DNA of 64,000 nt from Planctomycetota bacterium. GTDB taxonomy: Bacteria > Planctomycetota > UBA1135 > UBA2386. The stretch lies in contig OZ245006.1 in the NCBI GenBank assembly GCA_965223545.1, positions 3,904,001 to 3,968,000 of the forward strand. Direction: 5' to 3'. The notes under the pieces were generated by a model, which did not search any database, was not told the origin of the DNA, and saw only the letters and a list, made by a program, of their open reading frames with translations. Numbering within the stretch: position 1 is the first letter of the stretch; every line of letters starts with the position of its first letter. Of this stretch, positions 7,665 through 16,265 are shown piece after piece. The translations under genes were made by a program, and so were the position numbers.

Positions 7665-8786
7665 CTATGGCAACACGACGTGGACGCCGACGCGTTGCCC
7701 GGCGACCAGCGTCACCGCTCGCTCGACCAAGTCCCCGGTGCCGACCTGGAGCTGCAGCGTGTACGCACCGGGGGCGATGGCGTCGGCGAGCCACACCGCG
7801 CCGGCGACCGGCAACGCACCGGCGCGTTCCAGCAGGGCCCCGTCGGCGCCGCGTCCGACCCAACGCGTTCGGAGCGGCGCAGCACCGGCGGGAACCAACC
7901 GCGCCAGCACGTCCGCGCCGCGCGCGGTTCCGGCCCCATCGACCACGGTCAAATCGAGCTGGCCACCGGGCGCCAACTGCACTGCCCGGGTCACGCGGCC
8001 ACTGCCGGTGACCTCGACGGCGGCCTCGAACGGCTGGGCCAACACGGGCGCGCCGGCCTCGTCGAGGCCGCGCAGCCGCAGGGTATAGCGCCCCGGGCGA
8101 AGCTCGGGCAGCTCGTAGACGCCGCTGGTCTGGTGGGCCTGGCGCCGCCACAGCGGCGGGGGCACGGCGACGCCATCGCCGTCGACCGCGAATGCCTCGA
8201 CCTCGAGCCACTGCGCCGGCGCGCCGTCCGGGCCGGTGACCCAGAGCTCGACGCCGCTGCGCGCGTGCGCGCGTTCGAGGAAGACGCGCAGCGTGCGAGC
8301 GGGCTCCGCCGCGGTGAGCGTGGCGCGCTGTTCACCCGACGGCTCGAAGCCCTCGGCCTCGATGACGAAGCTCGCCTCGACGCCGAGCGGCAGGGGCCAT
8401 ACCACCTCGGCTCCGGACACCTGCCCGGTGCGCCGATCCGCCCCCGCCGCGAACGTGAAGCGAAAGGCGTCGACCGGGCTTCCGCCGCGGTCGACAACCA
8501 CGACCGTCAGCGCACCCGACGCATCGCCCTCGGCCGACGAAGCCTCGGACTCGGGATCACCGCCATCCTCGCCGATCGCCGGCGCGACAGTGCCGCCGGC
8601 GCGCGCGTCGCCGGAGCCGAGCTCGGTACGATCCGTGCGCAGCGTCGCGGCGGGACCGGACTCGACCCGCGCCGCACCACTGCCGGGGCCCACCGGTGGC
8701 ACATCGCTCCGTCCCCGCGAAACCGCGAACGCAGCCGCCAACGCGAGCCCGATCGCCACCACCACCAACCACCAACGCATGAGCAC
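7665..8786 (-). CDS. Membrane-anchored hypothetical protein with carboxypeptidase-regulatory-like (prealbumin/Ig) beta domains
   Basis: N-terminal TM segment; repeated LTVVVVDRGGSPV / LWVTGPDGAP / LRPGRYTLRL / APGAYTLQL patterns. Confidence 0.65.
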   Translation of the reverse strand: MLMRWWLVVVAIGLALAAAFAVSRGRSDVPPVGPGSGAARVESGPAATLRTDRTELGSGDARAGGTVAPAIGEDGGDPESEASSAEGDASGALTVVVVDRGGSPVDAFRFTFAAGADRRTGQVSGAEVVWPLPLGVEASFVIEAEGFEPSGEQRATLTAAEPARTLRVFLERAHARSGVELWVTGPDGAPAQWLEVEAFAVDGDGVAVPPPLWRRQAHQTSGVYELPELRPGRYTLRLRGLDEAGAPVLAQPFEAAVEVTGSGRVTRAVQLAPGGQLDLTVVDGAGTARGADVLARLVPAGAAPLRTRWVGRGADGALLERAGALPVAGAVWLADAIAPGAYTLQLQVGTGDLVERAVTLVAGQRVGVHVVLP

Positions 8787-8809
8787 GCCACTCTACCGGC
8801 ACTCTTGAA

Positions 8810-8822
8810 AGTACGGAGCCAG
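8810..8822 (+). repeat. Outer half of left REP-like repeat (inner half at 10468-10481)
   Basis: Joining the IS flanks gives AGTACGGAGCCAGGCTCCAATTCATCA containing palindrome GGAGCC-A-GGCTCC. Confidence 0.65.
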
Positions 8823-9072
8823 TCCTGCCCCGGCAGATTTGTCGGCCCTTCAGGGCAGGAAACTAGCCGCTGAGGAAGGGGGAGGGGAACGTGTGAGGGG
8901 CCCGGCAGCTACGCCCCCAATAGCCACTGGAGCACGTTTGCCCCAGAGCCAGTCTGGGTCCGAGTTGGCCATCCTTCACTGGTGAGGGGCACGTCGCCGT
9001 GCCCACTCCCGCAGGTCAGATTCGTTTGATCGCCGCCTCGGGCCGGGCCCACCACAACAATGAGGATGAAGT
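8823..9072 (+). ncRNA. Candidate IS110 bridge/seek RNA region (non-coding end)
   Basis: Multiple hairpins; contains GAGCCAGTC (8946-8954), identical to the left junction 8816-8824, and CAGGTCAG (9012-9019), identical to the IS right end 10460-10467. RNA boundaries unknown. Confidence 0.6.
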
Positions 9073-10455
9073 ATGGCTGGGAAGAGCAGAACGAGGAAGG
9101 GCAAGAAGCCCGCAGCGGAAGTATTGCCAGTCGTGAAGCCCAACGCCGCCGGAATCGACATCGGCAGCCGCGAGCACTGGGTGTGCGCAGCAGCACCCGA
9201 CGGCAGTCGTCCGATCAAGCGATTCGGAACGACGACGCCCCAGCTAGAGGCGCTCGCGGACTGGCTGGAGGAGCTCGGAGTGCGATCCGTCGCGATGGAG
9301 AGCACCTATGTCTACTGGATTCCCGTCTACGAGCTACTCGAGTCGAGAGGCTTCGAGGTCATCCTCGCGAATGCCCGCGAGGTGAAGAACGTGCCGGGCC
9401 GCTCCAAGTCCGATGCCAGCGATTGCAGTTGGCTGCAGAAGCTACACACCTATGGCCTCATTCGCGCTTCGTTCCGGCCTCCGAAGGACATCTGTGCGTT
9501 GCGGACCCTGCAACGCCATGCCGCGTCTTTGATCGCGCAGCGCACGCGCCACACGCAGTTGATGCAGCGGTCACTGGATCAGATGAACGTGGCGATCCAT
9601 CGCGCGGTAACGGACATCACCGGCAAGACCGGCCTCGCGATCATCCGCGCGATTCTCGCTGGTGAACGCGACCCTCGAGCGCTCGCCAGACTGCGTGATC
9701 CGCGCTGCAAGATCTCCGAGAAGGAGCTCGCGGATCACTTGCAAGGGACCTGGATCGAGGAGCACATCTTCACTCTCGCTTCGGGCTTGCGGATGCTCGA
9801 GCACACCGACCACGAGATCGAGTCGGTCGAGAAGCGATTGATGGCGATGATCGAGGACCTGCAACCGGAGGAAGCCAAGACGGCTGACGTCCCCGAGCAT
9901 CCAGACCCCCGCAAGGAGAGGAGCATCCGAACGAAGGGCGGCCGGGAGCTTCGCGATGCCCTCTGCCGGCTCGTCGGGTGTGATCTCACGCGAATCGACG
10001 GTATCAGCCCGAGCACGGCCATGATCGTGCTCACCGAGGTCGGCTACGACCTCGATGCTTTCCCGACCGAGAAGCACTTCGTCTCCTGGCTACGCCTGTG
10101 CCCACGTCAAGCCGTCTCGGGTGGAAAGCGCATCAAGAAGCACCGCAACAACATCGCGGTCAGCAGGATCGCCACGGTCCTCCGGATGGCCGCCCTGTCC
10201 CTCCAACGTACTCAGACAGCTCTCGGCGCACACTTCCGCAAGATCGCCCGCGCGAAGGACGGCAACGTCGCCATCTTTGCCATCGCCCGCAAACTGGCCC
10301 TGCTCATCTACCGCATGCTGAAGTTCGGCCAGGACTACGTAGACGAAGGCGCCAAGGCCTACGAGGAGCGCTTCACCCAGCGACGCATCGTCGGACTCCG
10401 ACAGAACGCTAAATCCCTCGGGTACAAGCTCATACCGATCGTCGAGGCTGGGTGA
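9073..10455 (+). CDS. IS110-family recombinase/transposase
   Basis: DEDD RuvC-like motifs GIDIG, AMEST, KSDASD; C-terminal Tnp domain with IDGIS and VSGGK serine loop. Confidence 0.95.
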   Translation: MAGKSRTRKGKKPAAEVLPVVKPNAAGIDIGSREHWVCAAAPDGSRPIKRFGTTTPQLEALADWLEELGVRSVAMESTYVYWIPVYELLESRGFEVILANAREVKNVPGRSKSDASDCSWLQKLHTYGLIRASFRPPKDICALRTLQRHAASLIAQRTRHTQLMQRSLDQMNVAIHRAVTDITGKTGLAIIRAILAGERDPRALARLRDPRCKISEKELADHLQGTWIEEHIFTLASGLRMLEHTDHEIESVEKRLMAMIEDLQPEEAKTADVPEHPDPRKERSIRTKGGRELRDALCRLVGCDLTRIDGISPSTAMIVLTEVGYDLDAFPTEKHFVSWLRLCPRQAVSGGKRIKKHRNNIAVSRIATVLRMAALSLQRTQTALGAHFRKIARAKDGNVAIFAIARKLALLIYRMLKFGQDYVDEGAKAYEERFTQRRIVGLRQNAKSLGYKLIPIVEAG

Positions 10456-10531
10456 GTTTCAGGTCAGGCTCCAATTCATCAATCCCAGACCGAACTGCGG
10501 CCCGCCAGCCCTCAACCGATGGAGGTGCAGA

Positions 10532-11533
10532 ATGCCCAGGACGACTCGGGTCGACTTCCCCGGAGCGTGGCATCACGTCGTGAACCGTGGCTTGGCGAAG
10601 AGGACCGTCTTCGAGAATCGCGCCGACATGCGTCGGTTCTTGGCCGGCCTCGCACGCGCCGTGCGTCGCGGAGAGATCGAGCTCCACAGCTACTGCCTGA
10701 TGACGACCCACTTTCACCTTCTTGTCTCGAGCCCGCGCGGTCTCCTTTCGACCGCGATGCGGCGAGTGGAGCAGAGCTACGTCCGTCGGTTCAACCGCCA
10801 GCGGCGCCGCGACGGGTCCTTGTTTCGCGGTCGGTTCTTTTCGAGGCCAGTCCACTCCGACGCGGACCGGAGAATCGTGGTGCGCTACATCGACCACAAT
10901 CCCGTGGCAGCGCGCGTCGTCGACGTGCCGACGGAGTATGAGTTCGGGAGCGCGTCTCGGTTCGCCTCCGACAGTGTTCCGCCGTGGCTCGCCATGGGGT
11001 GGATGCGTGACGTGCTTGCCGGTGCGGCGTTCGCGGGGCGATCCCGCGCCGAGACGTATCTGGATGCCTTCGGCGAGATCGGCGCCGATCACCGGCATTT
11101 GGTGCACCGGCGCATGGAGCACCGTCCTCGGGAAAGCGACCCTCTCGACGATCTCCTTGCCGCAGCTCCCGAGGCAGTGCGGCAATGGATGATGAGGAAG
11201 GCTCGCCTCGCCGACGGCAGCCGGCCGGGGTTGCCCCTCTTGGGCCCGAGATCCGCCATGTTGGCCTGTGCCGACGATCAGGCGCGACGTGGGCCCTGGT
11301 CCGTTGTGGTCCGCTCCCGTTCGCGCGACGCGTCGCGGCTGGCGCAGGTCTATCTGCTGCGCGATGGCTGCGGGTTCTCGTTTGCGGAGATCGCAAACCA
11401 ACAGGGGATTTCGCCGGCGACCGCAAGCCGGTGCTTCGACGCACACCTGGCAGCGATGAAGGAGGATCACGACTACGCGGCGCGGCTAGCGACCCTGGCG
11501 CAGGATGCCTTCAGGCGTTGTCATCAAAGGTGA
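10532..11533 (+). CDS. REP-associated tyrosine transposase (RAYT, Y1 HUH) with C-terminal HTH
   Basis: PGAWHHVVNRG, YCLMTTHFHLL (HUH), GSLFRGRF, VRYIDHNPV (catalytic Tyr); C-terminal SFAEIANQQGISPATAS HTH. Confidence 0.9.
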   Translation: MPRTTRVDFPGAWHHVVNRGLAKRTVFENRADMRRFLAGLARAVRRGEIELHSYCLMTTHFHLLVSSPRGLLSTAMRRVEQSYVRRFNRQRRRDGSLFRGRFFSRPVHSDADRRIVVRYIDHNPVAARVVDVPTEYEFGSASRFASDSVPPWLAMGWMRDVLAGAAFAGRSRAETYLDAFGEIGADHRHLVHRRMEHRPRESDPLDDLLAAAPEAVRQWMMRKARLADGSRPGLPLLGPRSAMLACADDQARRGPWSVVVRSRSRDASRLAQVYLLRDGCGFSFAEIANQQGISPATASRCFDAHLAAMKEDHDYAARLATLAQDAFRRCHQR

Positions 11534-11556
11534 TGAATCGGAGCCTGACCTGAAAC

Positions 11557-12939
11557 TCACCCAGCCTCGACGATCGGTATGAGCTTGTACCCGAGGGATT
11601 TAGCGTTCTGTCGGAGTCCGACGATGCGTCGCTGGGTGAAGCGCTCCTCGTAGGCCTTGGCGCCTTCGTCTACGTAGTCCTGGCCGAACTTCAGCATGCG
11701 GTAGATGAGCAGGGCCAGTTTGCGGGCGATGGCAAAGATGGCGACGTTGCCGTCCTTCGCGCGGGCGATCTTGCGGAAGTGTGCGCCGAGAGCTGTCTGA
11801 GTACGTTGGAGGGACAGGGCGGCCATCCGGAGGACCGTGGCGATCCTGCTGACCGCGATGTTGTTGCGGTGCTTCTTGATGCGCTTTCCACCCGAGACGG
11901 CTTGACGTGGGCACAGGCGTAGCCAGGAGACGAAGTGCTTCTCGGTCGGGAAAGCATCGAGGTCGTAGCCGACCTCGGTGAGCACGATCATGGCCGTGCT
12001 CGGGCTGATACCGTCGATTCGCGTGAGATCACACCCGACGAGCCGGCAGAGGGCATCGCGAAGCTCCCGGCCGCCCTTCGTTCGGATGCTCCTCTCCTTG
12101 CGGGGGTCTGGATGCTCGGGGACGTCGGCCGTCTTGGCTTCCTCCGGTTGCAGGTCCTCGATCATCGCCATCAATCGCTTCTCGACCGACTCGATCTCGT
12201 GGTCGGTGTGCTCGAGCATCCGCAAGCCCGAAGCGAGAGTGAAGATGTGCTCCTCGATCCAGGTCCCTTGCAAGTGATCCGCGAGCTCCTTCTCGGAGAT
12301 CTTGCAGCGCGGATCACGCAGTCTGGCGAGCGCTCGAGGGTCGCGTTCACCAGCGAGAATCGCGCGGATGATCGCGAGGCCGGTCTTGCCGGTGATGTCC
12401 GTTACCGCGCGATGGATCGCCACGTTCATCTGATCCAGTGACCGCTGCATCAACTGCGTGTGGCGCGTGCGCTGCGCGATCAAAGACGCGGCATGGCGTT
12501 GCAGGGTCCGCAACGCACAGATGTCCTTCGGAGGCCGGAACGAAGCGCGAATGAGGCCATAGGTGTGTAGCTTCTGCAGCCAACTGCAATCGCTGGCATC
12601 GGACTTGGAGCGGCCCGGCACGTTCTTCACCTCGCGGGCATTCGCGAGGATGACCTCGAAGCCTCTCGACTCGAGTAGCTCGTAGACGGGAATCCAGTAG
12701 ACATAGGTGCTCTCCATCGCGACGGATCGCACTCCGAGCTCCTCCAGCCAGTCCGCGAGCGCCTCTAGTTGGGGCGTCGTCGTTCCGAATCGCTTGATCG
12801 GACGACTGCCGTCGGGTGCTGCTGCGCACACCCAGTGCTCGCGGCTGCCGATGTCGATTCCGGCGGCGTTGGGCTTCACGACTGGTAATACTTCCGCTGC
12901 GGGCTTCTTGCCCTTCCTCGTTCTGCCCTTCCGAGCCAT
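11557..12939 (-). CDS. IS110-family recombinase/transposase
   Basis: 460 aa, differs from copy 1 only at the N-terminus (MARKGR vs MAGKSR). Confidence 0.95.
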   Translation of the reverse strand: MARKGRTRKGKKPAAEVLPVVKPNAAGIDIGSREHWVCAAAPDGSRPIKRFGTTTPQLEALADWLEELGVRSVAMESTYVYWIPVYELLESRGFEVILANAREVKNVPGRSKSDASDCSWLQKLHTYGLIRASFRPPKDICALRTLQRHAASLIAQRTRHTQLMQRSLDQMNVAIHRAVTDITGKTGLAIIRAILAGERDPRALARLRDPRCKISEKELADHLQGTWIEEHIFTLASGLRMLEHTDHEIESVEKRLMAMIEDLQPEEAKTADVPEHPDPRKERSIRTKGGRELRDALCRLVGCDLTRIDGISPSTAMIVLTEVGYDLDAFPTEKHFVSWLRLCPRQAVSGGKRIKKHRNNIAVSRIATVLRMAALSLQRTQTALGAHFRKIARAKDGNVAIFAIARKLALLIYRMLKFGQDYVDEGAKAYEERFTQRRIVGLRQNAKSLGYKLIPIVEAG

Positions 12940-13190
12940 ACTTCATCCTCCTTGTTGTGGTGGGCCCGGCCCGAGGCGGCGATCAAACGAATCTGACCTG
13001 CGGGAGTGGGCACGGCGACGTGCCCCTCACCAGTGAAGGATGGCCAACTCGGACCCAGACTGGCTCTGGGGCAAACGTGCTCCAGTGGCTATTGGGGGCG
13101 TAGCTGCCGGGCCCCTCACACGTTCCCCGCCCCCTTCCTCAGCGGCTAGTTTCCTGCCCTGAAGGGCCGACAAAATCTGTCGGGGCAGGA
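12940..13190 (-). ncRNA. Candidate IS110 bridge/seek RNA region, copy 2
   Basis: Same structured non-coding end as 8823-9072, with both guide-like matches conserved. Confidence 0.6.
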
Positions 13191-13203
13191 CTGGCTCCGT
13201 ACT
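13191..13203 (-). repeat. Outer half of right REP-like repeat (inner half at 11531-11544)
   Basis: Reconstructed minus-strand site AGTACGGAGCCAGGCTCCGATTCATCA, 26/27 identical to the left site. Confidence 0.65.
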
Positions 13204-13216
13204 ATCGCTAACCGTC

Positions 13217-14410
13217 ATGCGCGGCCGCCGACTCACTGCACTCCTCGTTGTATCTCTCTCCGGGGCCCTCCCGGCCCAAGAGCCGGCCAAGACCTCCGGG
13301 GTCACGGCTGCAGATCCGTTCCCGACCGCGTCGGCCGCCGAGGTCGGTCTCGACCCCACGCGACTCGACACCCTGGTCGACGCCGTGGTTGAGCACGTGG
13401 CGTCCGGGGATCCGGTCGGCGCCGAGCTGCTGGTGATCAAGAACCGGCGCACGGTGGTGCACGAGGCGTTCGGCTGGCGCGACCGAGAGCTCGAGAGGCC
13501 GTTCGAGAAGAACACGATCTGCCGCATTCGCTCGATGACGAAGCCGATCGTCGCGACCGGGATTTGGCAACTCGTCGGCGATGGCGAGCTTCGGCTGCAG
13601 GATCCTGTCGCGCGTCATATCGAGGCGTTCGACAACGAACTCTCGCGTTCCATCACCATCGACCATCTGCTGACCCACACCGGGGGCTTCGGCCACCCGG
13701 GGTATCCAGCGCAACTGACCAGCTATGGGTCGCTGCGTGCGGCGGTCGACGCGTCGGGTAGCGCCGGGCCGGACTCCGAGGTCGGCGCGGGCTATCGCTA
13801 CAGCGATGTCGACTCCGCCACGCTCGCGGCCGTCGTGGCCGAGATCGCGGGCCAGCCGGTCGAGTCCTACATCGCGCAGCACATCCTCGGGCCGCTGCGA
13901 ATGACGGACACGTTCTGCAACTTCGACCCGAACGATCCGCGCGCCGCTCGCGTCAGCTCGACCTACGTCCTGCGCGACGGACAGCTCGTGAAGTACTGGG
14001 ACCCGTCACGAGAGCAGCAATTGCCCTTCTTTCGCGGCAGTGGCGGCATCTACTCGACGCCGATGGACTACGCGCGCTTCCTGGCGGCGTGGATGGACCG
14101 CGGAAGCGGCCCGGACAGCCGGCTCGTGCCGGAAGGTCTGATCCCGACCGCCCTGGCTTCCACAGTCATGAGCGCAAGCGAGGCCACGCCGCGTCACTAC
14201 GCGCGCCACTGGGAAGTCCATGGCCCGGTGCGCGACGAGCATGACGTCGCCGAGCACGGCTTGCCGGTGTTCGGCCACACCGGCTCCGACGGCACCGCGG
14301 CCCTCTGCTCCCCCGAGCAAGACTTGATGGTGCTCTACTTCACGCAATCGCGCCGGGCGCAGAACTACGTCAGCGTCATCCGGCGCATCATCGAGTTGTT
14401 GAAGGGCTGA
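13217..14410 (+). CDS. Secreted serine hydrolase, beta-lactamase class C/esterase VIII-like
   Basis: Signal peptide; SMTK (SxxK), LLTHTGG, YRYSD, FGHTG motifs. Confidence 0.9.
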   Translation: MRGRRLTALLVVSLSGALPAQEPAKTSGVTAADPFPTASAAEVGLDPTRLDTLVDAVVEHVASGDPVGAELLVIKNRRTVVHEAFGWRDRELERPFEKNTICRIRSMTKPIVATGIWQLVGDGELRLQDPVARHIEAFDNELSRSITIDHLLTHTGGFGHPGYPAQLTSYGSLRAAVDASGSAGPDSEVGAGYRYSDVDSATLAAVVAEIAGQPVESYIAQHILGPLRMTDTFCNFDPNDPRAARVSSTYVLRDGQLVKYWDPSREQQLPFFRGSGGIYSTPMDYARFLAAWMDRGSGPDSRLVPEGLIPTALASTVMSASEATPRHYARHWEVHGPVRDEHDVAEHGLPVFGHTGSDGTAALCSPEQDLMVLYFTQSRRAQNYVSVIRRIIELLKG

Positions 14411-14447
14411 GAGGCGTGTGCGGCGGGGACCGCAGTGCCGACTCTCG

Positions 14448-15512
14448 TTAGAAGATGATCATGCGGGCGGCGGGGCTCATCGCCAGTTGGAGGGTGGGCG
14501 CCGCGGTGTCGATGGTCAATGCCTGCATGTGCAGCTCGACGCCGTTCGCGCCGGACGGGACGGCCAGGGTCGTCGCGGTGGTGCCCGGAGTCGCCGCGAA
14601 GGCCAGGGTTGGGCCGTTGACGTAGAGCGTGCACGCCGGGAGTCCCAGGGGCGCTAGGCTGAACGGTGGCAGCAGCTGGGTGCCGATGGTCAGGATCATG
14701 GCGTTCATACCGGCGGGGATGTTGCCGACGACGAAGGTCGAGCTGCTGCCGCAGGCGGGCGCACTGCCGAGGACGCCGAGGCTCAACGGGCCGGCAGGAC
14801 CACAGCCGGTTCCGTACATCGTGAACGAGCTGACGCCGGTATGCACCGTGATGGTGAGGTCGTCGATGCCGGCGTCGCCACCGGCAAGGATCGGCGCGGT
14901 GTGCGTGCTCGCCACGATGAAGCCGAACTCGATGGGCGGCGCTCCGCACGAGAAATCCGGGGCCCCGCCTGCCGAGCCGGCGCATGGCGAGTAGCGCACG
15001 AACTCGACCTCGGAGACTCCGCCCACGGCGCGCGCGGTCCACGCGGGCTCCGGAGTGCAGAAGAAGCTCCGGGCGACGAACACCTCGTTGTTCTGGAACA
15101 ACGCCGGAGCGATGCCGAGGTTGCACGACCCAGGCCCAGGGTTGGGCGAGAACCGTTTGGTGCTGAACGAGAAGTCGACGCCGTCGATCCCGCCGCTCGC
15201 CCGCGGGTCGTAGCGGAAGCTCGATCGTCGCAGGGTGGTCGCCAGTTGCGACTTGTTGGCCGTCGTCGCCGAATTGTGAATGTGGCTCACCCACATGTAC
15301 TGAGTGCCGACCGCAGGGTCGGTGCGTTGACCGGAAACCGCGGATCCACCCGGCCCGGCCTGGCAATGCGTTTGGTTCCAGTCGGGGTCGTTGAAGTCCG
15401 AGTCGGAGAAGCTGGTCTGCGCCGCCGGGGCACCAGCCAGAAATACGGTCATGAGAAACGGAACGTGACGCCCGCGACCGCGACGCGCCAACCGATGATG
15501 GCAAAGGCTCAT
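14448..15512 (-). CDS. Secreted protein with conserved ~120-aa C-terminal domain (start uncertain)
   Basis: Signal-like ...FLMTVFLAGAPAAQ; beta-rich N domain; C-terminus YGTGC...LGLPACTLYV...ELHMQALTID...MSPAARMIIF. Confidence 0.7.
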   Translation of the reverse strand: MSLCHHRLARRGRGRHVPFLMTVFLAGAPAAQTSFSDSDFNDPDWNQTHCQAGPGGSAVSGQRTDPAVGTQYMWVSHIHNSATTANKSQLATTLRRSSFRYDPRASGGIDGVDFSFSTKRFSPNPGPGSCNLGIAPALFQNNEVFVARSFFCTPEPAWTARAVGGVSEVEFVRYSPCAGSAGGAPDFSCGAPPIEFGFIVASTHTAPILAGGDAGIDDLTITVHTGVSSFTMYGTGCGPAGPLSLGVLGSAPACGSSSTFVVGNIPAGMNAMILTIGTQLLPPFSLAPLGLPACTLYVNGPTLAFAATPGTTATTLAVPSGANGVELHMQALTIDTAAPTLQLAMSPAARMIIF

Positions 15513-15602
15513 GCCTGGTTGGGAAGCAGCACCGCGCGCGGCGGCCGGGACTTCCCGCACTTTTTGGTGGCCGAGCCAAACTCTTGGGACCGTTAACCTG
15601 GG

Positions 15603-16265
15603 GTGTTCACCAGGCCAAGTGAGGCCTCGATGCAGATCCCCAAGACCGCAACCCCTCCCGTCTCCGAGGCTCCACACCTCGATTCGGGCAGCTGGACGCC
15701 GCTGATCGAGTCGCTCGGAGTCGCCGAGATCCTCGCCGCGCTCGGGTCCTGGATCGACACGCGCACGCGCCTGCACTGCGCGGCCGAAGACCTGTGGCAG
15801 GACACTCTCTGGCTGGCGTGGCGCGATCGCGCGCAGCACGAATGGCGGGGGCGCCGGGCGTTCAGGGCGTGGCTGCTCGGCATCGCCCGAAACCGCCTCG
15901 CCAACCTGCGCGACCGGAGTCGGGCGGCCAAGCGAGGCGGCTCCATGCATCGCATGGCCCTCGATGTCTTGCGTGAGAGCGGGTCGAGCTGCGGCGGCTG
16001 GGACATCGGGCCGGCCGAGTCGGCGACCCCGAGCCGGATCGCCTCGCATGCCGAGCGCGCCGCCCGCATTCGCGCGGCACTGCGCACGCTGCCGCCGAAG
16101 CTCGAGCCGGTCGTGCGGTTGCGGCTGCTCGAAGAGCTACCGACGCGCGAGGTCGCCCGCCAGCTCGGCATCGGCGTCTCCACCGTCAAGGACCGTCTCC
16201 TCGCGGGAGTGAAGTCGTATCGACGGGCGCTACGCCGCGAGCTCGACACCGAGACGGCGTCGTGA
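15603..16265 (+). CDS. ECF RNA polymerase sigma factor (start may be ATG 15630)
   Basis: AEDLWQDT...FRAWLLGIARNR (region 2), SATPSRIAS, LPTREVARQLGIGVSTVKDRL (region 4); overlaps the kinase start (GTGA). Confidence 0.88.
   Translation: MFTRPSEASMQIPKTATPPVSEAPHLDSGSWTPLIESLGVAEILAALGSWIDTRTRLHCAAEDLWQDTLWLAWRDRAQHEWRGRRAFRAWLLGIARNRLANLRDRSRAAKRGGSMHRMALDVLRESGSSCGGWDIGPAESATPSRIASHAERAARIRAALRTLPPKLEPVVRLRLLEELPTREVARQLGIGVSTVKDRLLAGVKSYRRALRRELDTETAS

Larger units (their letters stand above)
8821..10467 (+). mobile_element. IS110-family insertion sequence, copy 1
   Basis: Near-identical inverted copy at 11545-13192; (C)AG directly repeated at both junctions; ~250-bp upstream non-coding end and very short downstream end. 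Confidence 0.88.
11545..13192 (-). mobile_element. IS110-family insertion sequence, copy 2 (inverted)
   Basis: Reverse complement of 8821-10467 with a few substitutions and a 1-bp indel near the non-coding end. Confidence 0.88.

Noticed and set aside
8810..13203. Classical composite transposon carrying the RAYT, or terminal inverted repeats on the IS110
   Set aside because: The apparent 11/13 IRs (GGAGCCAGTCCTG / CAGGTCAGGCTCC) are largely explained by insertion into a palindromic target, and no flanking target duplication is seen. Disfavoured rather than excluded.
13217..14410. True beta-lactamase or resistance locus linked to the BlaI/M56 pair
   Set aside because: The motifs fit the broad serine-hydrolase family, the genes are over 40 kb apart, and the M56 protein lacks a PBP sensor.
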